A stretch of 64,000 nucleotides of DNA from the NCBI GenBank assembly GCA_017654855.1, contig CM030332.1, positions 3,968,001 to 4,032,000 on the forward strand, given 5' to 3'. Positions 1-13,400 of the stretch are shown here, in pieces. Numbering within the stretch: the stretch's first letter is position 1; every line of letters begins with the position of its first letter. This stretch comes from Podospora anserina (Eukaryota). The notes under the pieces were generated by a model. That model was not told where the DNA came from. It saw only the letters and a list, made by a program, of their open reading frames with translations, and ran no database searches. A program made the position numbers and the translations under genes.

Positions 1-907
1 AAGAGTCTTGGTGTTATCCGCAAGACTTGGGGCATTCGGTGAGCTGTAGAGAATATCCACAAACTCTGGTGACCAAGCACCAGAAAGAAATCTCAAAGTG
101 ATCTGGTTGGAAACCAGAGAGTCCTTGAAAGCCGCGATAATCTCCGGTGTCAGATCGAGTTCTCCGTCGGGTGTAAAAGCCTCTTCGACGAGCGCTACTC
201 GGCTTCGTTGCTGAAGAGCCCAGGCCAAGATGAGATTGGGCAACGTCACCAGATAGAGCACAGAGGGGTTATAGTCTGCAAGCGTGAGCACCAGCGGGTG
301 TCTCGGTTGTGACTTTCTTTCGCTCAAGGCCCAGTGAAAGAGTGCGAGAGAGGGCAAGGCCGTGCCGCAGCCGAGCTGTACACATTGGTCAGCAATTCGT
401 TTCTCGGCAGGAGGTTTAGGGACGTCAGATATTTCGCCGCACCTCGATCAAGACACACGGCTCTTGATTCAAAAAATCGGCCGGCTTTTCCGATGCCAAG
501 ACCTTGACCATATCAACACTGCTCTCCCAGCTCTTGAAGCCACCCTCATAAATCCCCGTCTTGACGTCGTGCTCCCCAAGACCAGCCTCTGACTCAGATG
601 GGTTTTCCCCATCATCCTCAGCCATCAGCTGAGCCCGCACATCCCAGAGCTCACGCCTTGGTATTTGGAGTGTGCTACCATCCTGAAGATTGACACCGAG
701 CAGGTTGAAGGCTATCTTGGAGGGTAGCTTCGAAAGCATGTCCTCGAGATCATGGCTGGCTGGTGGTAATTGGGGCTTGTCCTGAACTGGAAATGCACCG
801 GCCCCCGCGGGCGAGGCCACAGCTGACTTCTTGACTTGGGGTGGAGGGGTGAGCGGACGACCATCGTCTTCTATATCATCGCCGGCGAACGAGAATGAAA
901 AGGCCAT
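1..907 (-). CDS. HPM1: Histidine protein methyltransferase 1 (HPM1/METTL18-like); 3' end lies outside the window
   Basis: ORF 425-907 contains DVKTGIYEGGFKSWESS. Removing intron 376-442 (GT...CAG) restores the SAM motif LIELGCGTALPSL, followed by LTLADYNPSVL. Confidence 0.85.
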
Positions 908-1056
908 GGTTCAGACTGGGGGTGGGGATCTGATATATGTCGGTTATGCCCAAACAGCAGCTGACTGTACCGGGTTCCAAATTGCTCACGTGAAGCAGCG
1001 AATGATATCGATGTCTCTTACTACAGTTTCCAGGAATGTGAGTCTCTTTCAGCTGA

Positions 1057-1092
1057 GGTGGTGGTGGTGGTGGTGGTGGTGGTGGTGGTGGT
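1057..1092. repeat. (TGG)n microsatellite
   Basis: About 12 GGT/TGG units seen directly. Confidence 0.95.
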
Positions 1093-2187
1093 AGGGTTGG
1101 GTAGGATTTGAACGGTAGTGGGGCAGCAAACGGTGGTTGTTTGAGGCATGTGGTCCGTGTGCTGTCAGCTTTCAGCCCCCAATTTCAATTCCAACCAAGC
1201 TGAAGAGAAAGCGGAGTTTTTCCGCTTGAAATGCTCCGAAGGCTTGCAATTGGGGCCACATTTTAACCGTTGCAACTTGCACTTGCAGCCCGCCGCTGTC
1301 TCTCTGTCAGCATCGAGGAGGCACGTTCAGCAGGAAGCACAGCGCAGACGGGAAGGTGCCGTTAGGAAAAGCTCCCCACTTCTTACTGGCCCTCGGCTGA
1401 GCATGCAATTCGCTGCTCACCGGCATATGTCGATAACGGCTGTGGTTGGACAGCATACGACAGGACCGGCCATCCCAAGCGTCTCTCACATTCACGCGGG
1501 TCTCTTTCTCTTCGTTGGAACGGGCTGGCCATCACTTTCCTGGTTCGGGGGACGGATCAAACAAACCCAATATGCGGCAGCCTTGAAGCCGATAACCCCA
1601 TTGGATCTCGAGATCCTCTTCAGTGAAGGCTTCCAACAGCCCCCGCGCCGACAGCGGGGATACATGCAGGGCCCTTCTTCTTCGATATCTTTTCGTCTCT
1701 TCTTGCTTGAAGGAATTATCGGCCGGCGTAAATGGACGGGAACCGTAAATCAGCCAACTATGGATCGCACCCGTCGGGAGATACCCCTCTGTTCGGGGTT
1801 AGGTTGAGCTCGTGGCCGTCGATTGTCTCATGGGGCTGGATCGTCATATACTTGGAGGCTCCTTCTCTTCCATCCTAGTTTGGGATACCCACAATACTCT
1901 GTTTGCTGACAGCGCCTGCCTTGTCTTGGAGAGGGGAACCGTATTCCTCATTCTGAGGCACTTGCCCAACCGGGAAGAGCAAATCAAGGTCAGGGTACGG
2001 AGTGTTGCTCGATTGCTGCATACCACTTGAAATACATCAACGAAGCCTGGCAAGCCATTGGCTGCGTTTACTACCTGCTTTTCGCCTTCGATTACTGATA
2101 TAAGTACCAAGGCCTCGAAGCATCCTCTGAGAGTCTCTACTTGGCTTCTCAGAACACCTCTGGCTCTTCTCCCACACACTCTTCACC

Positions 2188-4127
2188 ATGGTAATGGACT
2201 CTTGCGGCGACAGATACCCGGATCGACTTGGTCGTGATGGCGCCACTCTCAACTTCCCTTCCCTCAATGTCTCCTACACTATCCGGGAACAACCTCTCGG
2301 CACGGCACGGCCGATTCGTATTGTCGGCATTGGAGCTGGAGCGAGCGGGCTAAACGTCATCCGTACCTTGCGGCTAAATCTCACGAACTACGAAGTCATG
2401 GTATACGAAAAGAACATCGACGTCGGTGGAACATGGTTCGAGAATCAATACCCTGGATGTCGATGCGATGTACCAAGCCACAGTTACCAGTTCTCGTGGC
2501 GACCAAAAAAGGACTGGACCAACTTCTTTTCTAGTGCCGAGGAAATTGAGGACTATCTTTGCCAGGTTGCCGACGAGGAGGGGCTGAGAGGGTCTATCAA
2601 GACCTCTCATGAGGTGGTCTCTGCTGTTTGGAACGAAGGCGACGGTCAATGGGAGCTGAGGATACGGAACCTTGAGAATGGACAGGAATTTGAGGACTAT
2701 GCTACCTTTCTACTGAATGGTTCGGGCATACTGAAGTAAGCAGTTTACACGTCTTCGCTGGCACGGCATCAGCTAACATTCAAACCATCAGCAACTGGAA
2801 GTGGCCTGATGTTCAAGACCTCACCGCGTTCAAAGGCACATTGATACACACAGCTCGTTGGCCAAAGGATTTCGACCACACAGGCAAGACGATAGCGATC
2901 ATTGGCAATGGTTCAACGGGAGTTCAAGTATTGCCAGCTCTCCAGCCCGGCGCCGCCAAAATTCACCACATCTTCCGGACACCCAGTTGGGTCATACCAC
3001 CAAGGATACACGCCTGGAAAGTCATGGGTCAAGCAACAGAGGTCTGGGATAAGATACAGCTCGACGCCGAGGAAAACTTCTCGGAAGAAACCATTGAAAA
3101 GTTCAAGTCGGACCCGGAGTTCTACCGGGATTTTGTCAAGAGGATTGAGGTTGAGGTCAACAGTGCTTTCCCAGTGGTAGGGTTCTCTCTTTCGATTTTC
3201 CATTAAGGAGATGGCTAACACCCGCAGGTCCTTGCCAAAAGCCCAGTTCAAGCCTTCGCCCGCGCGAAGGTAGCGGAGTACATGACAGCCATGCTCGGTG
3301 GGAACGAGCAGCTCTGCAAAGCTCTCATTCCAGACTTTCCACTAGGATGCCGAAGAATGACGCCTGGCCATGGATATCTCCAAGCCCTGACAAAACCGAA
3401 TGTTGAAGTCAGGAGAACGGACATGAAGCGCTTTGTACCGGAAGGCATCGAGCTTGCTTCAGGGGAGATCATCAAAGTTGACGCCATAATCTGTGCCACG
3501 GGCTTCGAAACATCCTTTTGCCCGCGATTTCCCATCATTGGACGTGATGGCGCAAATCTGCAAGATCGATGGAGACAAGAGATCCCGAAGGCGTATATGT
3601 CTTGTGCTGTTCCAAGCCTCCCAAATTACTTCAGTAAGCCTGCCCTCTTCATTCTTCAGACGTGATCCATGATGTGCTAACAAGAAGCAGTGTTCCTTGG
3701 CCCCAACGCACCCATTGGTCACGGCTCAGTCTTCACCCTCTCGGAACACATCGCCAAGTACATCACCACCATCATCAAAAAGGTCCAAACCGAAGGAATC
3801 AAATACATCGCCCCTTCCCAAGCAGCAGTAGATGACTACTTTGAGCACATTACCCACTTCATGCCAGCCACCACTTGGGCGGCGCCGGGGAGATCATGGT
3901 TCAAGATGGGAAGGGAGGAAGGACCGGTGGTGGCGCTTCATCCGGGGAGCAGGATTCATTTCTTTCATATGCTGGAACGGTTTAGAGGGGAGGATTGGGA
4001 GTATGAGTGGGATAATGCGAGGGGGAACAGGTTTGGGTACTTGGGGAATGGGTTCTCGACGCGGGAGGTGGGGGATGAGAAGGGGGATTTGGCTTGGTAT
4101 TTGGACGAGCCAGCTACGATATCGTAG
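2188..4127 (+). CDS. FAD/NADPH-dependent Baeyer-Villiger-type flavin monooxygenase
   Basis: Rossmann motifs GAGASG and GNGSTG, GGTWFENQYPGCRCDVPS, BVMO fingerprint FKGTLIHTARW, and ATGF. Introns 2736-2791, 3177-3227 and 3634-3690 join the ORF pieces in frame. Confidence 0.92.
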
Positions 4128-5304
4128 ATGGGGTGTGGGTATCATGGTAGACACGGCTGGGAAGGGGAGGTATTCTTTTTGTTGAGCGGGTGGGTGGTTT
4201 CATGCAACACATGGAGTTAGGAACGGTTGGCGTATGGATAGATAATACATACACATCATTTTTCATTTTCAACTCTTTTCGGGACCGAGGGGGGGGGGAG
4301 GCAGTGCTCACGGGATGATGGGCATGGCATCATAACTCTCAAGATACGGCCCGATGGCAGTCGGATGTTGCGGACCATCCCGTCCGGGAGGTGAGTGTGC
4401 CTCAGCGGGTGCCTTCAGGCGCCAGGCCACCGGACCATGCCTAAAGAGAGAGGCCGGTTTGGCTTCCGCGGCAGCGCCCCACTCACAGCCACGGCGGTAA
4501 TGGCGGTTGACCAGTGGGAGTTGTGCTTCTGTCCCGACAGTTTGGGACGGGGTTTTTAGCGGTTCCATGATGGTCTTGGGGGCGTTGTAGCGTTGTAGTG
4601 GTACCCTCGGTGTGGCCGAAAGGCTGAACATTAAAAAAAAAAAAAAAAAAAAAAACACGAGCAAATGGAGTCAACGCATATTTCTCAACAACTGATGATT
4701 CCGATGGCGACTGTGAATCATCACCGGCCCGCGGAGGATATAAATATCGCTTCCCCGCGGACATCTAACTGGGTAGACCACACAACCACCTCACCAACTG
4801 CAACCCCAGACAGAATACGAAAGACTCCCCGTGAGGAGGGGGGGGGGTGTGCGCTTCTGTCTTGGCCACTAGTCAGGTATGTAGTTCTCATTGTGTGTAG
4901 CTAAAAGAGATATCACTATTTTGTTTTCGCCAACAATTGTGATTTCGTTAACCAAAAATGATTTTCTGTTGTTGATTCCTCTTGTGATATCTCGATTTCC
5001 ACCCCCTTTGTTCGATTAATTGTGGGGCAATGTTTGAATATACATGTCTAAAACATTGCCACGCTGTTAGTTGGGCTTGGATAGTGCTGGATGATGATGA
5101 TGATGTTGTTGTTGTTCCCTAGCAGAGCAGCGATCGTGGTCACCTACCTACCCTATCTCCGAACACATTGTTGGCGACTTGGTATGTTGTTCGATGGTTG
5201 AGTTGCATAGCCACTATCAACTACCTACTTGCATACTTTGATTAATCACATATTTGCTCGATCCTCACCTGCGAGAATGGGGAGGAGGGACGTGCCGCTA
5301 ATGA

Positions 5305-5380
5305 CGATTAGGGGGACGATTAGGGGGTGGATTAGGGGGTGGATTAGGGGGGGGTTGGATTAGGGGGGTGGCTTAGGGGG
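5305..5380 (+). repeat. Six-copy G-rich TTAGGGGG(G) degenerate telomere-like repeat
   Basis: TTAG followed by a G run at 5308, 5320, 5332, 5344, 5360 and 5373. Confidence 0.9.
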
Positions 5381-5631
5381 AATGGATGTACAGGTACTAC
5401 AGTGCGATGAAACCCTGGTCAGACTTCACCTGAATACCTGCAGTGCCTGCATACTGGACGGTTGGCGCTTATTTGAGTGGTGGTCATTGGAGCGGGGTAC
5501 AGACCGGTTGCCTTTCGAGACCCAAGTTGGGGTTTTTGGGTTTGAAGGATGAGTTCCCTTGGTGTTGGGATGGGAGAGGAGTTGTGTGATATTTCTATTC
5601 TTATTCTTATCTTGTTTGTTTTGATTGAGAG

Positions 5632-8600
5632 ATGTCGAATATGGGGTCGAGAACGAAAGATGATGAGCCGGTTAATGTTCTGTCGCTGGGTAAGTTCATC
5701 TACACTTCGGACTAGGGGATGAGCAGCTAATCAGTTGTGGTTTTAGATGGTGGAGGTGTACGAGGTGTTTCGTCGTTGGTGATTCTGGATCGGATTATGG
5801 AAAAGATTCAGAGGAGGGATGGGCTGGAGGAGATACCGAAGCCTTGTGACTATTTTGATATGATTGCTGGGACGAGTACAGGCGGGTGAGTATCTTTGTG
5901 ATTTTGTGTAGTGACCTAGACTGACGAGCGGTTGGTTGTAGGCTTATCGCAGTCATGTTGGGGAGACTAAGGATGTCTACTACTGAGGCCTTGAAGGCAT
6001 ACGACGATTGTGCTGCGAGTATCTTCAACAAGAAGAACAGGAAGACGGGGCAGTGTCGGACAAGTACAAGTCCACTGCACTGAAGGAAGCTGTTCAGAAG
6101 TTGGTCAAGGAGAGGGGAATGGGGGAGATAATGAGGGACCCGAAAAATCCCAAGAAGGGAAGGTGATTGTGTGTGTGATGCCTGCGGATTCTGTTGCGAC
6201 GGGGGAGACGAAGCTGGTTCGCTCTTTTCAGGGTGAGGATGATTGGGATAGTGAGATCAGGATCTGGGAGGCTTGCCGAGCGACGACTGCTGCTTCGAAA
6301 TATTTCAAGCCGCAGGAGCTGGGTGCAGGTGTACGCAAGGGGTTATTCATTGACGCGGCAGTTGGCTTCAACAATCCGGCAAATTACCTTTTGAAGGAGG
6401 CGCTGGATGAGTTTGGATCTCGCCGCCGCTTTAGATGTTTGATCAGTATTGGTACGGGTACGAAATCGATTGAGACTGTGAGGGTGAAGACTGGATTCAA
6501 GAACTACACGAAGGCCTGGGGGCAGCTTCAAGGTCTTATTGGGATGGTCAAGAATGTGGCTACCGACGCGGAGACGTCACATAAGCAGATTCATGACAGG
6601 TTTTCACGCTTTCCTGGGTCGTATCATCGGTTCAATGTACCGGATGGTGCCAAGGAGGTTGAGCTGGATGAATATAAGAAGATTCCGCAGCTCAAGGCCT
6701 TGACTAGGGATTACCTCGGTGGGGATAGTGTAGGTCGACAATACCTGAGGTGGTGGAGGGCTTGGGGGCTCGTGGCAGGTTCAAGCATGGGTTGACTTTG
6801 GGCCATGCCTGTAAGAAGCAACCGACTCACAAACTAGGTCTTGTTTGGGTATGCTAACAATGTTCCAGACTCTCCGGACAGTGACCAGCTATTTCTCTCA
6901 GACAGATCCAAGGCGATGGGAATACCGAGCAGCTTCTTCATAGGGAGACAAGATGTGCTGAACAAAATCGATCAAGTGTTTTGCGAGCGCGACACAGGAG
7001 GAGTTCCAAGGAGGGAATTTCTTCTGTGGGGGATAGGAGGCGTTGGGAAAAGTGAAGTTGCCCTCAAGGCGGCAGAGAACCTGGATGGAGGGTGGGCACA
7101 GTTCCATCACTTTATGTCCCTGGGCCGGTTACTGACAAAACCAAGATTGAAATATATCTTTTACGTCGATGGGTCAGAAAGATCTACGATTATTCATTCG
7201 TACGCCGAGATTTCTAAACGATACAACCTGGGCGGTACCAATCCAGAAACAATGTTCCACATGGCACTGGAATGGACGGGGCGCTTGGCAGACGAATGGC
7301 TCTTGATTTTTGACGACTGCAACTTGAGTGAGCGCGCCGGTTTCATACCGGGCAGAGGAAAGGGCAACATCATCTACACATCACGCTTCAATGGCCTTGA
7401 GCACAACTTCCCGGCACACCTTGTCTACCACGTTGAACCTCTGGCCGAGAGGGACGCCGTTGAACTTCTTTTGGGAGCTTCTGGTCTCTTGGATGTGACA
7501 TCTGATTCAGACAAGGCTGGCCCTACGGTCCCGACACGACGAGCTCCAACAGGCGAGGAAACAGCTCTGGCAAATGAAATTGTTCATGAGCTTAGCTGCA
7601 TGCCTGTCTGCGTCGACAAAGCGGCTGCAGCTATCAGAGAGAGAGGAATGGAACTGGATGTATATCTCAAGGAGTTGCGTACACAAAAGGTTCGAGTCGC
7701 TACAGACCCCCGCTTCAAGGACACAAGTGTTGAGACTCAAGCAGCGTACGCAACTCTAGAGCTATCCTACGACCAGATCACAGCCATCCGTCATCGTGCC
7801 GGGAGAAGTGAAGAAGGACGCGCGGCACTCTTCGCCATGAAGGTCTTGAGCTTGTTGTCGTGCTATCACTATCAAGGATTTTCAACGGAAATTCTAACGA
7901 GGGCGGTGTTGAATCGGCGGAGTTGCAATGCCGACCTTTCTTACCCCTTGAAGCGCATTTTTCAAACCCCAGACAAAGGTTGGGATGATATGATGCAAGA
8001 GGACGGAGAAGGGGGCTGGGAGGTTCTGTTCTTTGCTCACGGGCTTCAAGTCTTGCGACGTTACTCCTTGGTCAGGCTGGCTCCTGACCGCCTCACCCTG
8101 TCCATGCATACCCTGGTTCATACTTGGGCTCAGCAAAGGATGGATCCAGAAGCTCGTGCTGAGGTTTGCTGGCTGGCAGGGGTTTTGCTCAGCGATGCAA
8201 TGACACCATGCTTGATTTTGAAGAACCGGAGGTATGCTATCGGTATGGCACCTCACATCGACTGTTGTTTCGCCATCGTACCAAAGACCCGGGATACTAT
8301 CCAGGAACACGATAATGCCCGTGTCCTTGGTCTCAAGCGCGGCGATGTGGTAGTTGGCCCTAAAAACATAACGTACCCAGTGGACGAGTACTACAATGCC
8401 CATCTTTTGTTCAGACTCGGGTGGTTTTACAGTGCTGTACAGCAGTTCAAACAGGCTGAATATTGCTGGAAGACCTGCCTTCGGCTTTTCAAGTATCAGG
8501 AGGATCCGTTTGGATGGGGTGCTATAAATACACTGACGCACCTGGCTACACTTTACCACGAGCATGGGTTTCTCGGCGAGGCAGAAGCGATGCATTGGGA

Positions 8601-10059
8601 GGCCATCGGCAGACTGGAGGCCAGAAAGCGAGAACGAGAACAGTACCTTCTGAAGGAACTAGAAAAGCGGGAGTTCGAAGAGAAGGCCAGTGTTTCAGCA
8701 CCGCAACGAGGGAGATTGCTGAAGACGGCCCTCGAGAAGACTACCCCGCAGCTTTTTTCCGCCCTTTCTTCTAAGGAGATGGAAGCCAGAATATTCCAGA
8801 CGTTCACTGCAACTGTCGTCAACCCTCTCGCTCGCCACAGGCCCGCAACCAACAGACGAAGTCCCATCGGAGCAGAGGTGGAAGTTCACGAGTCTACCGA
8901 CACTGCTGAAGATGCTGTGGCCACTGTCAGAAAGAAAAAACGCGCTGAAGAGACGGACTCTCTTGATGATCTCGAGGCTGAAATTCTCCTCAGGCACGGA
9001 AGGCTAGCAAGGGTACTGAAAGACCAAGGCAGAAACAAGAATGCAAAGAACTTGATGAACTGGGTCGTCCAGAAATGCCAAGAGGAACTGGTCGAGGATT
9101 CCCCCGAGCTTCTGAGACTTCAGAATGAGGCGAAGGCGATGACTGAGCCAAAGGACATGGACTGGTTCAAGAGACACGTGGACATGATGAACGAATCCGA
9201 CACCAACCAAAGCCTCGCCTTCTTCCAAACTGACGCGATTTACGAGCTGTTCGATCATTGGTGCTGGTCGATGTACCTCGCCGGCCGGTATTCTATGGCG
9301 ATCGATATGTACAAGAAATTCATCCCTAGGGCCGTGGATGTGTATGGATATCATAACCCGAAAGTCCTGAAGATGATGCGGCAAATGGCGGAGGCGGCCT
9401 GGTCTGCCGACAGGCTGGATGATGCCGTGTTCATTGCTGAGTAATGTCTCTTGCGGGCAGAAGATGTTTACCAGCTGTCACATATGGAGGTGATACTGGC
9501 CACGGAGCTACTTGCCAAAGCCCTTGGTAAGCAACGACCTGGAAGTGACAAGGAGGCGGAGGATATGTTTCGGCTTGCTCTGAACCGGGCGCAGTCCAAT
9601 CTTCCGAAGAATCACCCCGTCACTGAACGAATCAAGATAGAGTTTGATTCTTTCAAGCACCCACAGGAGCCTTCATACCTGACAGGTGCTAAGAGTCTGG
9701 AAGAGAGGTGGCTTGATCTCAAGGCTGATGTGAAGGCTCACTTTGCGGAGCTTGGGATGCTCAACGAGTACGCCTTAAGACTTCATGATTTCAAGGGCCT
9801 ACAGCCATGGAGATCCGAAGAGGAGTACCAGCGAAGATTGAGCAAGTTTTCGGTGCTGGCGCGTGCTCCTGGGAAGCTATTAGGCATCAAAAAGCCGGTA
9901 ATCGAAGGGCTATCCACCACCATAACGAGAAACGACCATGGAATTCAGCCTGAGGGAGGAGCCTCTCGGAAATCATCGACATCAAAGGGAAGGGTGTCGA
10001 TAGGGGCGACAACGATTTCAATGCTGCGAACACGCCGATCAGAGTATAGCATAGTTTGA
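5632..10059 (+). pseudogene. Patatin-like phospholipase-NB-ARC-TPR NLR, copy A; disrupted as sequenced
   Basis: ATG at 5632. Introns 5690-5746, 5886-5941, 6811-6868 and probably 7092-7145. Patatin motifs DGGGVRG and GTSTG, Walker A GIGGVGKS, Walker B WLLIFDD, MHTLVH, and TPR-like helices. Alignment to copy B needs +1 base near 6047-6050, 6157-6161 and 6740-6741. In-frame TAA at 9442-9444, with homology continuing after it. Confidence 0.8.
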
Positions 10060-10489
10060 GGGTTCTCATTTATTTTGCATTTCACTTTATACACAGCATG
10101 GGCTCATGAGAAACACGATATCATTTTTATTGCACACAGCTCAGACCACACATTATCTGATTTACACATTATTCAAGGATCATTTTAGCGGTCCCCTTTT
10201 ACACCCCCTACCAGCCCTAGTTTTATATACGGCCACAGTCTAGCCGCACTGTACGGGCTGCACCCAACCGGGCGCTTAAACATGACCTCGCCATTGGAGT
10301 GCATCGCCAAGGGCTAAGCATGCTGAGCCACCTCAGACAATAAAGGCACACAGCTAGCTCACTTTGTACAAATGTACCACGCTGCTGCCCTCAGTGAAAA
10401 TGGCTTCCCAGGAAACTCAGTGTTAACACCCCATCAACTGGCACTCGGGTCTCAAACTTGAGAACGGGTTTAATGTGCGAAGCTTCCCA

Positions 10490-13400
10490 ATGTCAACAGA
10501 CGATGAAGCAATCAATCTGCTGTCTTTTGGTAAGATAAAGCATCTGTATCAGAGTGGTGAGGGTAAGAGAACTAACATCATACAGATGGCGGAGGTGTCC
10601 GAGGTGTCACATCACTGCTTATTATCCACGAAATCATGATCAAGATCAAGGAAAGACACGGATTAGCTGAAATACCCAAGCCTTGCGATGTCTTCCACAT
10701 GATAGCCGGGACCAGCACGGGAGGGTGAGTACTCGATCCAGCAGGATAGTCTCTCTACAACTAACATCTGACCCAGCCTCATTGCCATCATGCTCGGCCG
10801 GCTTCGAATGTCCACCGAGGAAGCCTTACGCCAGTACGACGTCTGTGCCGAGAATATCTTCTCGTCCAAGAAGTGGGCGAACATCACAGAAAAGTTTCGT
10901 AGCACCCCGATGATAAATATTATCCAGAAACTCGTGGCGGAGAAAGACATGGGGGAAATGATGCGCGATCCTGCAAAGCCAGCAAAGGGTAAGGCGGTGG
11001 TTTGTACTATGCCGCGGAAGAGGGCGAATCCGAAGAATGTTCGGCGGATTCGCTCCTTTTCACCAGAAAAGGATAATTGGTAAGCTTTGTGCTGTTTGAA
11101 GTTTGGTTACCTGCATCGGGTGCGCTGACATTCTGGAATTGAATAGGGACAAAGAGGTGAAGATATGGGAGGCTGCCAGGGCCACAACGGCTGCTACCTT
11201 TTACTTCAAACCACAACCACTCACGGTCTCAACACCTCAGGGTGGTTCAAAAATTGAAGACTACATTGACGCTGCCTTTGGGGTTAATAACCCTACCAAC
11301 GAGCTCATCAAGGAAGCGGTTGCCGAATTTGGGCCCAGTCGACGGCTTGGTTGCTTGATCAGCATTGGGACTGGGACTAAACAGGAGCGTGTAATTTCCA
11401 GAGCTGCAAGTGGGTTGAGGAACGTCTGTGATATGTGGGGGAGTATATTTGATGTCGGGATGGCCATGAAGGACATGGTTACCAATGCCGAACTCGTGCA
11501 TTTCGACCTGGAAATGCGACTGAGACGAAAACCGGATGCCTACTTTCGCTTCAACGTTCCTCTTGCGGCAGACGAAGTCAGTCTGGCCCAGTATGGCAAG
11601 ATAGGAAAGCTCAAATCGATGACCGCTAAATACCTCTGCGAACCGGAGGTGGTTGGCAACATTGAGAGGGCGGCTGATATTTTGGAAACCGAGAATGCTG
11701 AACACCACCTGAACCTCGGAGCCCTATGTGAGTAGAAGGAGGTTGCTCTGAAGAATTCATTGCTGACGGGAGCCATAGCTGAACCAAGCGAAACAAGGCC
11801 TGACGAAAACCTAAAAGCAAACCTGATGGGTGAGGCAAGCCGGTACTTCACGGGAAGAAACCACATCATGGGGATCCTGAATACATTCTTCTCCGATCGA
11901 GAAGACGAGACTGTTCCTCGAAGAGAGTTCTGCCTCCATGGCCTTGGCGGTGTTGGGAAAACACAGATTGCGTTGAAGGCAGCCAACATATTCCGTCATG
12001 GGGATCCCGAGCTGGGCATACCGAGGAAGCGAAGGTTCCCGCATATTCTATATGTGGACGGCACCGACAAGACAACCATCAGCCAAAGTTATGCAAGCAT
12101 TGCAAGAGATGAATTTGGCATCGAGGCCAGTGGCAACTCTGACCAGTTGATGAGACAAGCTCTTCAGAAAATGGAACGGCTTGACGAGGATTGGTTTCTG
12201 ATTTACGACAACTGCAACCAGGAAGACCGCCGAGAGTTGCTACCGAAGGGGGACACAGGCAATGTTCTATTCACCACGAGAAACCGGGTGGTGCGAAACC
12301 AGATGCGAGATGAATGCGTCTATGATGTCGAGGTGTTGGAGGAACTGGACGCTATCCGGCTTCTCCTGACAGCCTCGGGATCAAAATACGCTGATCTGAA
12401 CGCATGGGACCAGTCAATAGGCAAGGAAATCGTCGAGGAACTTGGCTATCTGCCCCTCGCCATCGACCAGGCAGCTGCGTACATCAGAGAAGCTCCATGT
12501 CCCCTTGATGGCTACCTGGAAGTATTCCGCAAGCAAAGGGTCGAACTACTCCGAAACCCAAAGTTCAAAGGCTCGCTCGCACAGAACCAGGCCGTTTACA
12601 CCACATTCGAAGCATCTTACAAAGCCATCGCCCAGCTTGAACTGCACAACAAGAACACGCTTGGTAGAAACGCCGGTCTTGCTCTCCGAGCTCTCGATCT
12701 GGTATGTTTCTGGCACAACGAGAACATTCCAGTCAAAGTTGCTTGGTGGGGAGGCGTATCCTGGAAGAATCGACTCGACATGGGCAAGGACATGCCCGCG
12801 CTGGAAGAGCACTTGGCACAACTCACCGGGGACGAAACGATGACCTGGCGGAAGTTCTTCTTCCAGTTGAGCGAATCTAGGGATGGAGAATTCCCAAGCG
12901 CCCTCGACATCCTCGAACGGTACTCAATACTTACAGTGAAGGAACGGGAACTCGCCTCAATGCACGTCTTGGTTCACTCCTGGGCACGGGACCGGATGAA
13001 GGCTGAACACAGGGCACGACAAGCCCTTGTGTCAAAAGTCCTACTGTTGGACTCGATTGGCGACACACTCACCGCCACCTACGCACGTTCCTATCTCCAT
13101 TCGATTTACCCCCATGTTCGGGCGTGTCTTGAACACTCCACATGGGGATCTAGATCCCTCCATCTACCGTACGAGCTCGTCTTGAGAGGCAAATACGCGC
13201 ACATCCTCACCTTTCAGAAGCGTTTTGGTGAGGCCGAAGCCGAATACCTCGATATCATTCACTTGAGCAAATTGTCTATCGGGCCTACCACTTGGGCGGT
13301 TCAGCGGCCCCTCTGCTCTCTAGGGAAGCTCTACCATGAAATGGGTCGTTTGCGCGAAGCTGAGTTGACGTATCTCGAATGCATTGATCGCTGCATCTTG

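Noticed and set aside
1148-1807. 219-aa ORF between HPM1 and the monooxygenase
   Set aside because: No recognisable motif and atypical composition; probably a chance ORF in a divergent promoter region.
9451-10059. 202-aa ORF as a separate gene
   Set aside because: It is in frame with NLR copy A beyond the TAA and aligns with the copy B C-terminal TPR region.
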